DNA of 64,000 nucleotides from Candidatus Hydrogenedentota bacterium (GCA_963668025.2 CAXXTH010000011.1:1-64000); one strand, 5' to 3'; shown: positions 32,027 to 42,138, counted from the first letter of the stretch. A program made the numbers and translations. Notes: generated by a model not told the origin, from the sequence alone.

Positions 32027-32716
32027 ATGCTCGAAGCACTCAAGCAAGCGGTATGTGAAGCGAATCTGGAGCTCGTGGCCAAGGGGCTTGTGCTGATGAC
32101 CTGGGGCAACGCCAGCGGCATCGACCGGGAACGCGGCCTTGTCGTGATCAAGCCTAGCGGTGTGCCGTATGACGAGATGGCTCCCGGGCACATGGCCGTG
32201 GTGGACCTGGAGGGCCGTGCGGTTGAAGGCGCGCTCAAACCCTCTGTGGACCTGCCCACCCATTTGGCGCTATACCGCGCATTTCCCGCCATCGGCGGTA
32301 TCGTACATACCCACAGCCATTTCGCCACCGTTTTTGCGCAAGCCGGAAGGCCCATCCCTTGTTTCGGCACGACCCACGCCGATTATTTCTACGGCGAAGT
32401 GCCCGTGTCGGATGGGCTTACCGAGGCGGAAGTGGCCGTAGACTACGAACGCCATATCGGCGAGGTGATCATCCGCCGCTTTGAAAACCTTGATCCCATG
32501 CGATATCCAGGCGTCTTGGCGGCGAACCACGCGCCGTTCGCCTGGGGAGCCGCCCCCGCCAAGGCGGTCGAGAATGCGTATGTGCTCGAGGAGTTAGCCC
32601 GCATGGCCCTGCATACGCTGCAACTAGCCCCCGAATGCCCGCCCATTCCCGGATATCTCCTCGACAAGCATTTTCTTCGAAAACACGGCGCAGGGGCGTA
32701 TTATGGCCAGCGATGA
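32027..32716 (+). CDS. araD: L-ribulose-5-phosphate 4-epimerase
   Basis: TWGNASG, IKPSG, HTHS, GTTHADYF, LLDKHFLRKHG..AYYGQ. Confidence 0.93.
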   Translation: MLEALKQAVCEANLELVAKGLVLMTWGNASGIDRERGLVVIKPSGVPYDEMAPGHMAVVDLEGRAVEGALKPSVDLPTHLALYRAFPAIGGIVHTHSHFATVFAQAGRPIPCFGTTHADYFYGEVPVSDGLTEAEVAVDYERHIGEVIIRRFENLDPMRYPGVLAANHAPFAWGAAPAKAVENAYVLEELARMALHTLQLAPECPPIPGYLLDKHFLRKHGAGAYYGQR

Positions 32717-32868
32717 CGTGCGGGGGAGGTCTGATGCGGCGGGAGCTTTTTCATTTGATTTTATGGGTATAGATATCCGCCTGGTTCGTGAGCATTTTCC
32801 ATTGTGAGTTGGCGTATACAAGATGAGCAGGTAGTCACAAAATCTGTTTAGGCGAGTTCGGTATATTC

Positions 32869-33262
32869 GTGTCCCGAAGGGACACCCCATAATAGCCCAG
32901 GGCCGACCGCCGCCCGAAGGGCAAGGGAGCCCCTGGGTATGGATGAATCTCTGAATATGCCCTGTAAGGGCATCCCAAAAGCGAGCCATTTCACGCTATT
33001 GATACCTGGAAGTATCTGGCGGTGGAGCTTCTTTAACGCAGAGAACGCAAAGGGCGCGGAGTTTCGCGGAGCAGACATCCCCTCCGCGAAACTCCGCGTC
33101 CTCAGCGCCTTGCGATGATCTACAACACATTGATGGCGTGAAAAGAATGACTCTTGAGATGTCCCTTCAGGGCGCATATAGGGTCTGTTTGTACCCAGGG
33201 ACTCCCTTGCCCTTCGGGCGGCAGTCGGCCCTGGGCTGTGGTGGGTTGTCCCTTTGGGACAC
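32869..33262. repeat. Composite inverted-repeat element (about 105-bp arms) with a nested hairpin; non-autonomous MITE/REPIN-like
   Basis: Arms 32869-32974 and 33158-33262 are reverse complements (outer 72 nt with about 8 mismatches); perfect 17-bp IR at 33055-33071 / 33082-33098. Confidence 0.85.
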
Positions 33263-33429
33263 CCGCTCTCGATAAGGGGAAGGATTTTCGGCGTACTGGT
33301 TAATGTGGGAGATAAGCATATAAGTCTGTTCTCGGAGGCTTTCACCATGATTGAGCATATACAAAAGCCAACAGAGATGAACCGGCAATAGTTGTAACCG
33401 CATTCTTACCCAAGAAAGGACAGCACGAG

Positions 33430-35445
33430 ATGAAGATGCACCAATGTTTTTTTCTACTGGGAGTATTGGTTTGGGGTGGCGTTTCGGCATTCGCGGAGAC
33501 GCTCTCGTATGCTGATTTGGCCGGAAGACTCGCCGATCTCAAAGGATTGGCGGTGTTGCCCGTTCCTGGCGAGAGGTGCGCACAGGCGTCCAGTTATGAC
33601 CGGGCGAGTGTCTATAATGTGGAAAGCAAAGCTTATGAGAATTGGGACGCGAATGGAGATGGAGAAGGCATTATACGAGAAGAAGAAGGCCTTCAAGTGC
33701 TCGCCGAGATGAATGGCCCTGGCGTGATTTGGCGCATATGGTCGGCCGCGCCAGAAGGCGGCAAACTCGTATTCATCCTGGATGGCAAGCGGGAGCCGAT
33801 GCTGAATCTGCCGTTTGTCCAGTTTTTTGACGCCAAAACGCCGCCGTTTGATTTTCCAGAGCTGAGTTTTCGCGTCGCGGGGGACGGAGCCAATTGTTAT
33901 GTGCCCATTCCGTTCAATCATTCCTGCAAAGTGCTCGCGGAACCGGGATGGGGGAAGTATTACCATTTCACCTATAGCCAATTCCCGGAAGGAACGCAAT
34001 TGCCTGCCGTTAGTGAGATGAATTCTCCGGTATCACGCACGGCTTTGCAGCAAGCGAATGATGCATTCGCACAACGCGGCAAGGTTTTCCCCGAGCCAAG
34101 CATCCGCAAAACAACATGCCTTTCCAAGGGCCAGTCGAACGACGTTGCGCAGCTTGAGGGTGCGGGCGCTATTACGTGTTTGCGCGCACGGATTCACGGC
34201 TTGCCCGAGGACCAGCTCGAACAGCGGCGGCTGTTGCGCGCGCTGACGGTTGCGATGTATTGGGATGGTGATAAATCGCCTTCCGTGTGGGCGCCTTTCG
34301 GCGATTTCTTTGGCACTTCGGCGGGTGCAAATGCGTATGCCAGTTATCCCATGGGACTCACGGAGGACGGCTGGTGGTATTCGTGCTGGTACATGCCGTA
34401 TGCGGATGGCGCGCGTGTGGCATGTACAAATGACGCGGATCAGTCAGTAAAGATCGATTGGGAAATCACGTCGGAACCGTTCGAGCGGACACCGCCGGAG
34501 CTGGGACGCTTCCACGCGAAGTGGCATCGCGATGCCTTGTTGCCTCAAGACCCCGCACGGGCGATTGACTGGACGTTGCTGTCTACGGAAGGCCGGGGGC
34601 GCTATGTGGGAACCATGCTGTATGTGTATAATCCCAAAGGCTCCTGGTGGGGGGAAGGCGACGAGAAGTTTTTCGTGGATGGCGAAACATTTCCCTCGAC
34701 GTTTGGCACGGGTTCGGAAGATTACTTTGGTTACGCCTGGTGCAATCCAGCATTATTTAGCCGGGCGGTGATCAATCAAACGATCTCCGGTGGCAACATC
34801 GGGCATATCTCCGTGAACCGCTGGCATATCGCCGATAATATCCCCTTTCAGACGCGGTTTGATGGATATATCGAAAAGTATTTCCCGAATGACCGCCCCA
34901 CCCAGTACGCCGCCATGGCCTATTGGTATCTGGAAGCGGGCAAGGCCGATGCCTATTCCCCGGTTCCTGTTGAGAAGCGTATCGAGTTTATGGATTGGGA
35001 ATCTGGCGATTTTCACGTGAAGGGCGCGATCGAGGGAGAAGAGATGAAGGTGCTCTCTGTCTCCAATACTTCCATACAGGAAATGTCGACCTATGGCGCG
35101 CAATGGTCTTCTCTTCAGCAACTATTTATAACCGATGAACAAGGCGCTGTAGTTGAGCTGGAATTCCCGGTGAAGGAATCGGGATTGTACGAGGTGCGTG
35201 CTGCTTTCACTACTTCGTATGATTATGGCATTGTGCAAGCGCTGCTCGACGGCGAACCTATCGGGAAGCCATTCGATGGATACAGTCCCAACGTCGCGCA
35301 TTCCGGAGAACTCAGCCTGGGCGCGCGACAATTGGAAAAAGGCGGGCATGTGCTGTCGCTCAAGATGCTGGACAAGAATGAGCAATCCAGCGATTATTAT
35401 GCGGGCCTGGATTACCTGAAGCTGAATAAAGCCTCAAAGAAATGA
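33430..35445 (+). CDS. Secreted DUF2961 / GH172-like glycoside hydrolase with a C-terminal CBM-like domain
   Basis: Signal peptide; SSYDR, GPGVIWRIW, WWGEGDEKFFVDGE and GTGSEDYF motifs. Confidence 0.8.
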   Translation: MKMHQCFFLLGVLVWGGVSAFAETLSYADLAGRLADLKGLAVLPVPGERCAQASSYDRASVYNVESKAYENWDANGDGEGIIREEEGLQVLAEMNGPGVIWRIWSAAPEGGKLVFILDGKREPMLNLPFVQFFDAKTPPFDFPELSFRVAGDGANCYVPIPFNHSCKVLAEPGWGKYYHFTYSQFPEGTQLPAVSEMNSPVSRTALQQANDAFAQRGKVFPEPSIRKTTCLSKGQSNDVAQLEGAGAITCLRARIHGLPEDQLEQRRLLRALTVAMYWDGDKSPSVWAPFGDFFGTSAGANAYASYPMGLTEDGWWYSCWYMPYADGARVACTNDADQSVKIDWEITSEPFERTPPELGRFHAKWHRDALLPQDPARAIDWTLLSTEGRGRYVGTMLYVYNPKGSWWGEGDEKFFVDGETFPSTFGTGSEDYFGYAWCNPALFSRAVINQTISGGNIGHISVNRWHIADNIPFQTRFDGYIEKYFPNDRPTQYAAMAYWYLEAGKADAYSPVPVEKRIEFMDWESGDFHVKGAIEGEEMKVLSVSNTSIQEMSTYGAQWSSLQQLFITDEQGAVVELEFPVKESGLYEVRAAFTTSYDYGIVQALLDGEPIGKPFDGYSPNVAHSGELSLGARQLEKGGHVLSLKMLDKNEQSSDYYAGLDYLKLNKASKK

Positions 35446-35604
35446 TGGAGCATTCTATCCATCTGATACAACAGCATTTGGACGGCTTCTAAACCGCGTG
35501 GGTTAGCCCTCTTCTATTGGGGACTCCCGTAGAAGCAGCGGCTGTTATCCTTGTGTTGAAAAGTTGTTGTATATGCAAAGCCTATAAATGAAGGGAGCAG
35601 AACC

Positions 35605-37629
35605 ATGCGTGAAAACCGTGCCGAAGAGGTCATGAGACTTTTGCGAGTTACAGCCGTGTGGTTGGCGTTGAGTACTTGGGTTCTAGGCGTGGCCTCCGCC
35701 CAGGAATCCAGCCAGGAGACAGGGCCTATGTTGGAAAAATTTCTCTCTTCATCTATTTCGGTTTCCGGGCGTCCGTGCGGTAGTTTTGTGTACGATGGCC
35801 AGCCTTCTTCGCAATTCCTGGGCCAGTGGCACCGGGAAGAAAAGAAAATGAACAACCCGCAAGGCTCTGAAGAGCTCCAAATCACCTGGCATGAACCGGG
35901 GGGTGGGTTGGCGGCCACCTGGACCTCGAAAACCATCATCGAACAGGGCGCCGTGGAGTTTGGCTGGTCTTTCGCGAACGAGGGGCGGCAGCCGACCCGC
36001 ATTCTTTCCGATGTGCTGAGCCTGGATTGGGATGTCGTCAATGGCGTTCTGTTGAGCTATAGCTCCGGCGGCGGCCCAGGCGATTTCAATGGCGACGATT
36101 TGGGGCTCGAGTTGTCGCAAGTGACCTTGGCCGACTACTCGCTGGGGAATCGTATGACGCTGGGGAGTTTGAACGGCCGCTCATCCACGCAATTTCTCCC
36201 CTTTTTCACGCTTTCCGCTCCCGATCAATCCGGCGGCGTATTCGTGGGCATTGGCTGGACGGGGGAATGGCGGGCTAACTTCGAGATTCAGCGCGCCCAG
36301 AAAACCGTGCGCATGACCGCCCAAATGCCGGGCATTCATCTGATACTGGAGCCGGGAGAGAAAATCACCACTCCCACTATCTTGCTTGGAAGCTACCAGG
36401 GCGGCCCGGCCGCCGGGGCCCGCGCGCTGCGCCGGACCTTGTATGAGCGCTATATGCCCCGCTTGGGATCCGAGCGTCCCGAGCCGCCGGTTTCCTGGAA
36501 TTCCTGGTTTCAATTTGGCAATGGCATCACCGAGGAGTTGCTGCGCCCGCAGATCGATATCGCGGCGACGCTGGGAATCGAGTATTTTTGCATCGACGGC
36601 GGATGGTACGAGGGCGATTTCCCGGAGGGCGTCGGCAATTGGATCGCGGACCCTAAAAAATTTCCGGACGGATTCGGCTCATTGGGGCGATATGTGGCTT
36701 CCAAAGGCATGAAAATGGGCCTATGGTTCGAACCGGAACGCGTCGCGACCGGTACGCGCCTGCTCCGTGAACACCCCGAGTGGGTCCACGGAAATCTGCT
36801 GGACCTGGGCAACAAAGACGCCCGCGAATGGGCGTTTCAAATGATGAGCCGCTTCATCAAGGAAGGGCAGGTGGGATGGATACGCTTTGATTTCAACATC
36901 GATCCCCTCGTCACGTGGGAACAGATGGACACCGGGAATCGCCGCGGGATGGCCCAGATCGCCCACATCGAAGGGGTCTATGAACTCGAGGACCGCTTGC
37001 GCGCGGCGTTTCCGGAACTGCTCATCGAGAACTGCGCCAGCGGCGGGCGGCGCATGGATCTGGAGATCATCAAGCGTTCGCACACCTATTGGAAGAGTGA
37101 TCAGACATACCTCCTGCCCGTCATGACGTTTCATGAGACGGGCGGGAATTGTTTCTTGCCGGGCGTTCTGTTGAACGCCAACCTGCTCGGAATCGAGCAC
37201 GCGCCTTTCGATATACACAGCCTTTTTGGTGGGCCCTTGGGTTTTGGGGTCGATTGGGTGAAGCTATCCGAGCCGCTTCGGGAGCAAACACGCCAGCAGA
37301 TCGCCCTTTATAAACAAGTGCGGCGTCTGTTGAACGAGGATTACTATCCTCTTTTCCCTCAAGCCCGCAATCAGGCCGGCTGGACGGGCTGGCAGTTCCA
37401 CGATCCGGAGGCCGACGAGGGATTCGTGGTCTTGCTGCGTCCGGCCGAGTCGGCCTATGAAAAGGCATCCATTCGCCTGCACGGCGTGCGGGATGAAAGG
37501 AGTTATCGTCTGACAGAAACCGCCACGGACAGTTCTAGCGTGATGACGGGCCAGGCGCTCAAGGCTGGCTGGCCGCTCGACTTGCAGCCTGCCGCTTCGC
37601 AGGTGATTCGGTACGCCCCGGCGCCTTAG
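35605..37629 (+). CDS. Secreted GH36 alpha-galactosidase
   Basis: WNSW, IDGGWY, GLWFEPE, IRFDFN, IENCASGGRR and WKSD motifs. Confidence 0.88.
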   Translation: MRENRAEEVMRLLRVTAVWLALSTWVLGVASAQESSQETGPMLEKFLSSSISVSGRPCGSFVYDGQPSSQFLGQWHREEKKMNNPQGSEELQITWHEPGGGLAATWTSKTIIEQGAVEFGWSFANEGRQPTRILSDVLSLDWDVVNGVLLSYSSGGGPGDFNGDDLGLELSQVTLADYSLGNRMTLGSLNGRSSTQFLPFFTLSAPDQSGGVFVGIGWTGEWRANFEIQRAQKTVRMTAQMPGIHLILEPGEKITTPTILLGSYQGGPAAGARALRRTLYERYMPRLGSERPEPPVSWNSWFQFGNGITEELLRPQIDIAATLGIEYFCIDGGWYEGDFPEGVGNWIADPKKFPDGFGSLGRYVASKGMKMGLWFEPERVATGTRLLREHPEWVHGNLLDLGNKDAREWAFQMMSRFIKEGQVGWIRFDFNIDPLVTWEQMDTGNRRGMAQIAHIEGVYELEDRLRAAFPELLIENCASGGRRMDLEIIKRSHTYWKSDQTYLLPVMTFHETGGNCFLPGVLLNANLLGIEHAPFDIHSLFGGPLGFGVDWVKLSEPLREQTRQQIALYKQVRRLLNEDYYPLFPQARNQAGWTGWQFHDPEADEGFVVLLRPAESAYEKASIRLHGVRDERSYRLTETATDSSSVMTGQALKAGWPLDLQPAASQVIRYAPAP

Positions 37630-37690
37630 CCGGAGCAACGCCGCCTTTGGGTAGGGAACTTTTCGCATGCCGCGGGAGATAGCATTCATC

Positions 37691-38329
37691 ATGCGGAAGA
37701 AATGGATGATTATGGGAATAGCGGTGGTATGCGCAAGCGCCGCCGCCATCCTTTTGTCGGCTTGGGTGGTGCAGCGCGCCGCGCAGGGCCGGACCTTTTC
37801 GGATATCAACACCATGCCCTGCCAGCGGGTGGGATTGGTGCTGGGCTGTTCCAAGCAATTGCCTGATGGCCGATACAACCTGTTTTACCGGTATCGCATC
37901 GCCGCCGCTGCAGAACTATACCACGCCGGGAAAGTGAGTTATCTGATTGTGAGCGGTGACAATCATAGCAAGGATTACGACGAATCCAGCGCCATGAAAG
38001 ACAGTCTCATCGAAGCGGGGGTGCCTTCGGAACGGATCTATTGCGACTATGCGGGATTCCGCACCTTCGATTCAGTCGTCCGGGCCAAAGCGATCTTCGG
38101 CCAGGAGAGCCTGGCGATCATCTCCCAGAAATTCCAAAACCAGCGCGCCATCTTCATCGCCAGGCACTCCGGCATAGACGCCATCGGCTTCAACGCCCAG
38201 GAAGTCGCCATGTACTACAGCTTCAAAACCCGGTGCCGCGAACTATTCGCCCGCGTCAAGACGGTCCTGGATGTGTACGTGCTCCATGCCCGGCCTAAGT
38301 TTTTAGGGCCGCCTGTTTCCATTGAGTAA
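37691..38329 (+). CDS. sanA: SanA/DUF218 family protein
   Basis: N-terminal TM; GLVLG, VSGDN, YDE, DYAGFRTFDS and RELFARVK motifs. Confidence 0.85.
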   Translation: MRKKWMIMGIAVVCASAAAILLSAWVVQRAAQGRTFSDINTMPCQRVGLVLGCSKQLPDGRYNLFYRYRIAAAAELYHAGKVSYLIVSGDNHSKDYDESSAMKDSLIEAGVPSERIYCDYAGFRTFDSVVRAKAIFGQESLAIISQKFQNQRAIFIARHSGIDAIGFNAQEVAMYYSFKTRCRELFARVKTVLDVYVLHARPKFLGPPVSIE

Positions 38330-38559
38330 ACGCCGTATGCTCCGTGCTGTTTATTGCTTGCCGCAGCTTTCTCGAACGCAGCCAAGAGTTTTTCACCAGG
38401 CGGAGATAGGCAAGCGTACTCTTCTGATCTGTTGCATGCAGCACCGAGCTTCAGTCACACCAGCGACGCGCTATTTTCCTGGGTCTTTTGAATCCAAGCT
38501 TTCCCCTCTGTTACTCTGTGAATGGGATTATTTAGCAAAAGATCCATACAGGAGGCTAT

Positions 38560-40068
38560 ATGGCTGAGCGAGTTGAGATTTTTGACACCACCCTGCGCGA
38601 TGGCGAGCAGTCGCCCGGCGCGAGCATGAATGTCGCCGAGAAACTCGAAATGGCGGCGCAGCTCGAACGGCTGGGCGTGGATATTATGGAAGCGGGTTTT
38701 CCCATTGCCTCCGAGCAGGAATTCGAATGCGTCCGCAAGGTGGCGTCCATGATGACGAACAGCCGCGTGGCCGCGCTGGCCCGCACGGTCACGGCTGACA
38801 TCGAACGCGCCGCTAAAGCCTTGGAGCCCGCCAAGCGCCCCGTGCTGCATACCTTCATCGCCACGTCGGACATCCACCTCGAGCACAAGCTCCGCATGAC
38901 CCGCGAGCAGGTGCTTGAACGTACCGACCAAGCGGTGCGCCTCGCCAAGAGCCTTACGGAACGCGTCGAGTTTTCCGCTGAAGACGCCACCCGGAGCGAT
39001 TTGGCGTATTTGGCGGAAGTGGCCAAGGCCGCCATCGACGCGGGAGCCGATGTCATCAATCTGCCTGATACGGTGGGCTACACCACGCCGCACGAGATCG
39101 AGGAAATGTTCCGGTTCGTCATTCAGCATTGTGGCGCGCCGAAGCATGTCGTGTTTTCCAGCCACAATCATAATGACTTGGGCCTTGCCGTGGCCAACGC
39201 GCTCGCGGCGGTCTTGGGCGGCGCACGGCAGATTGAATGCACCGTGAACGGCATTGGCGAACGCGCCGGGAATACCTCGCTGGAAGAGGCCGTCATGGCC
39301 ATGAAAGTCCGCAACCAGGTATTCCCGTTCGAGACAGGTATTGTAACCGAGGAAATAGTCAACGCCAGCCAGATGCTCTGTAATCTGACGGGCCTGGTGG
39401 TGCCGTATAACAAGCCCATCGTGGGGCGCAACGCCTTCGCCCATGAAGCCGGCATCCACCAGCATGGCGTTATCGCCAGCCGCATTACGTATGAAATCAT
39501 GACGCCGGAATCAGTGGGCTGCATCCGCAGCGAGCTCGTACTCGGCAAACACTCCGGCAAACACGGCCTGAGCAAGCGATGCGAAGATTTGGGATATAAG
39601 CTGTCGCCCGACGAGCTTTCTCAGTTATACGACAAATTCATCCAGCTTGCGGACCGGAAGAAGGAAGTGTTCGAGGATGATTTGCGCGTTCTGATCACAA
39701 GTATCCGGGACGAGAGCTTCGTCACGTACAGCCTGGAGCAGGTCCGCACATCCGGCTACGACCCCACCATGGCGCTGGTGAAGCTCTTGAAGGGCGAAAC
39801 GCCTATTGTCGAAACCAGCATCGGCGACGGCCCCGTGGACGCGGCTTGCCAGGCGATCGAACATGCCGTGGGCGTTTCCGGTAAACTCGAGCAATTCAAT
39901 ATCCGCGCAGTCACATCCGGCAAAGACGCCCTTGGCGAAGCCCATGTCAGCGTGCGCTTTGATGAACGGCTATTCAACGGCTCCGGGGCCAGCACGGATA
40001 TCATCGAGGCGGCCGTCCGCGCATACCTCAATGCGGTCAACAAATACCTTGCGCTAAAAGCGGGATGA
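38560..40068 (+). CDS. leuA: 2-isopropylmalate synthase
   Basis: FDTTLRDGEQSPG, HNHNDLG, GIGERAGN, HEAGIHQ; regulatory domain GDGPVDA. Confidence 0.95.
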   Translation: MAERVEIFDTTLRDGEQSPGASMNVAEKLEMAAQLERLGVDIMEAGFPIASEQEFECVRKVASMMTNSRVAALARTVTADIERAAKALEPAKRPVLHTFIATSDIHLEHKLRMTREQVLERTDQAVRLAKSLTERVEFSAEDATRSDLAYLAEVAKAAIDAGADVINLPDTVGYTTPHEIEEMFRFVIQHCGAPKHVVFSSHNHNDLGLAVANALAAVLGGARQIECTVNGIGERAGNTSLEEAVMAMKVRNQVFPFETGIVTEEIVNASQMLCNLTGLVVPYNKPIVGRNAFAHEAGIHQHGVIASRITYEIMTPESVGCIRSELVLGKHSGKHGLSKRCEDLGYKLSPDELSQLYDKFIQLADRKKEVFEDDLRVLITSIRDESFVTYSLEQVRTSGYDPTMALVKLLKGETPIVETSIGDGPVDAACQAIEHAVGVSGKLEQFNIRAVTSGKDALGEAHVSVRFDERLFNGSGASTDIIEAAVRAYLNAVNKYLALKAG

Positions 40069-40143
40069 GGCCGGGGCGTATATTGATAAGGTCATCGAAG
40101 ATGCCTCATCCCTTGTGAATGTTTATGTAATGGAGGGCGATAC

Positions 40144-40641
40144 ATGACGAATAGCAATCAGAAAGAGCAATTCAGTGTCGCCTATACTCGTGCCGTTATT
40201 GCAACAGCGGGATTCAAGGTATACCGGGAAGATGTGGATGATGACAGTGTGGATATTGGTGTCGCGCGTAGGGGAGGAAATGGAACTGTCCGCTCACCAC
40301 ACTGTGACATTCAATTGAAATGCACATCCCAGCATGTATTAAAAGAAACTGACATTCACTTTCCGTTGCCTTTGAAAAACTACGATGACCTTCGCGCCAC
40401 GGACTTGCATGTGCCGCGTATTCTTGTGATTATGCTTGTACCAGAGCCCGTGTCAGAATGGCTAGAGCAAGATGAAACAGCTTTACGGTTGCATCGTTGC
40501 GCCTACTGGCGGTCGCTTCGCGGTGAACCTGAAACAAATAACAGTACTTCAGTCACCATTTCTGTCCCTTGTGGTAACATATTTGGTGTGGCTGCACTTG
40601 AAGATATCATGAACCGCATCGGACAGGGAGATCAGCCATGA
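40144..40641 (+). CDS. DUF4365-like PD-(D/E)xK-fold nuclease
   Basis: KEQFS..DDDSVD..IQLK pattern, PRILV, CAYWRSL; AT-richer than flanks. Confidence 0.7.
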   Translation: MTNSNQKEQFSVAYTRAVIATAGFKVYREDVDDDSVDIGVARRGGNGTVRSPHCDIQLKCTSQHVLKETDIHFPLPLKNYDDLRATDLHVPRILVIMLVPEPVSEWLEQDETALRLHRCAYWRSLRGEPETNNSTSVTISVPCGNIFGVAALEDIMNRIGQGDQP

Positions 40642-41792
40642 AAGCAACAATACACGATCTGGATGCAATTCATAATGTCCGTCCTTTAGATGTTACGGCC
40701 TATTTGCGGCAGAAAGAATGGACTGAACAATCACGTGATGGAAACCGGGTTATCTGGACTCATGAGGATTTTGAGTTGCTTGTTCCACTAAACAGCAACT
40801 ATAGGGACTATGCTGTACGAATGGCGGAACTGCTTCAGACGTTGTCGGTAGCCGAAGATCGTTCGCAGTTGGAGGTATTTGAGGATCTTACAATGTCAGG
40901 TGTTGATGTCGTTCGATTGCGCCTGATAGACGCCGAGGTGGAGGCGGGCAGCCTTCCTCTGGAAGAAGCTGCGCTCATGGGAGGCAGAGCTAAAGAACTT
41001 ATGTCCGCGGCAGCTTGTTCGGTGAAGTCCCTAAAATCGGTGTATGGTCCAAGGCGTTCCGAAGAGGCTAACGAATATGTACGTAGCGTAAGGATGGGCC
41101 AAACCGAACATGGTAGTTTTGTACTAAAGCTTCTTTCGCCGGTGCCACCTCGCTTGATGCAAGAAAGGCTCGCTAATACCCAAATGGAACTGGAAGGAGT
41201 GCCAAGTGTGCCAACTGAAGAGCCTTTTGCACGCAAAGTCACCCTACAACTTGCAAAGGCTATTCATGCAATGCACGATGCGGCCCTTAGCGCCGCAGGC
41301 AGTGGCAGTATCGAAGCCTTCGAAAAGGCCGTTTCTTCGGGTGTTAGTGCAAACCTATGTGATGCCATCACGGGGCTTGCATCACCAATGGATTTAGGGC
41401 GAAAACTGGAGATTTCGATTTCGTGGGCGCTTAGTCGGCCGTTGCTTGAGCCGGTTGCAGCGCAGGTTATGTTCGCTCCAGATACATTTCCCATAATAGC
41501 GGAAGCCGCTCGGGTGTTCCGGGAATCTGCGCCTCGTGAAGAGTTTGAGGTGTATGGCCCTGTCGTCCGGCTTGAGCGAACTGAAGGAGCAGAGGAAGGC
41601 CAGGTTACTGTGCATGCATTTGTCGAGGAACGCCCCATGAAAATTACGATCGTGCTCGATAGCAACGAATATGGGAAGGCTGTTGACGCCCATGGATCTC
41701 AGAAAGTCATTCGTTGCTCAGGCACACTTATCAAGGACGGAAAGAGTTACAAGCTCCGTAATCCTTCGGCGGTAGAAGTGGATGAAGAATAG
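40638..41792 (+). CDS. Hypothetical 384-aa protein coupled to the nuclease gene
   Basis: ATGA overlap with the upstream stop; GQTEHGSF and GVSANLCDA segments; beta-rich C-terminus. Confidence 0.8.
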   Translation: MKATIHDLDAIHNVRPLDVTAYLRQKEWTEQSRDGNRVIWTHEDFELLVPLNSNYRDYAVRMAELLQTLSVAEDRSQLEVFEDLTMSGVDVVRLRLIDAEVEAGSLPLEEAALMGGRAKELMSAAACSVKSLKSVYGPRRSEEANEYVRSVRMGQTEHGSFVLKLLSPVPPRLMQERLANTQMELEGVPSVPTEEPFARKVTLQLAKAIHAMHDAALSAAGSGSIEAFEKAVSSGVSANLCDAITGLASPMDLGRKLEISISWALSRPLLEPVAAQVMFAPDTFPIIAEAARVFRESAPREEFEVYGPVVRLERTEGAEEGQVTVHAFVEERPMKITIVLDSNEYGKAVDAHGSQKVIRCSGTLIKDGKSYKLRNPSAVEVDEE

Positions 41793-41933
41793 TAGCTGTA
41801 ATGGCTCTCTCCAGAGCAGAAAGATCCAGGATCTCGAATTTTTGTAAGAAAATGCATAGGATATCCGGCCAAGATAGAAAATAAATGGCGGCTTCACATA
41901 CTTACAGAGTACTTAACTCTTAGGTTGAAAGAC

Positions 41934-41973
41934 AAAGCCCAACAGGCACGCATCGCATAACCTGTTGGGCTTT
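41934..41973. terminator. Bidirectional terminator-like hairpin between convergent units
   Basis: AAAGCCCAACAGG, loop, CCTGTTGGGCTTT (perfect 13-bp arms) just past the tRNA 3' end. Confidence 0.75.
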
Positions 41974-41985
41974 AAGTGTTTACAT

Positions 41986-42061
41986 TGGTGGAGCTGAGGG
42001 GGATCGAACCCCTGGCCTCTGCATTGCGAACGCAGCGCTCTCCCAGCTGAGCTACAGCCCC
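41986..42061 (-). tRNA. tRNA-Ala, anticodon CGC
   Basis: GGGGCTGTAGCTCAGCTGGGAGAGCGCTGCGTTCGCAATGCAGAGGCCAGGGGTTCGATCCCCCTCAGCTCCACCA; 76 nt, G3:U70 pair, encoded CCA. Confidence 0.97.
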
Positions 42062-42109
42062 ATCGGATTGTCTTTAGCGCTCGCGGCGTATTTCGTCGCG
42101 AGCGCTAAG

Positions 42110-42138
42110 ACAATACCAGAATACGCCATTCATTTCAA
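42110..42138 (-). promoter_or_regulatory. Probable tRNA promoter
   Basis: Minus strand TTGAAA, 17 nt, TATTGT with an extended TG. Confidence 0.55.

Noticed and set aside
32848-33490. ORFs across the inverted-repeat element as a transposase
   Set aside because: No HUH or DDE motifs; translations are by-products of the repeats.
38330-38559. Leucine attenuator or leader peptide before leuA
   Set aside because: No short Leu-rich ORF with terminator/antiterminator structure found.
40069-41985. Intact integrative element at tRNA-Ala
   Set aside because: No integrase and no duplicated tRNA 3' end (att site) seen.
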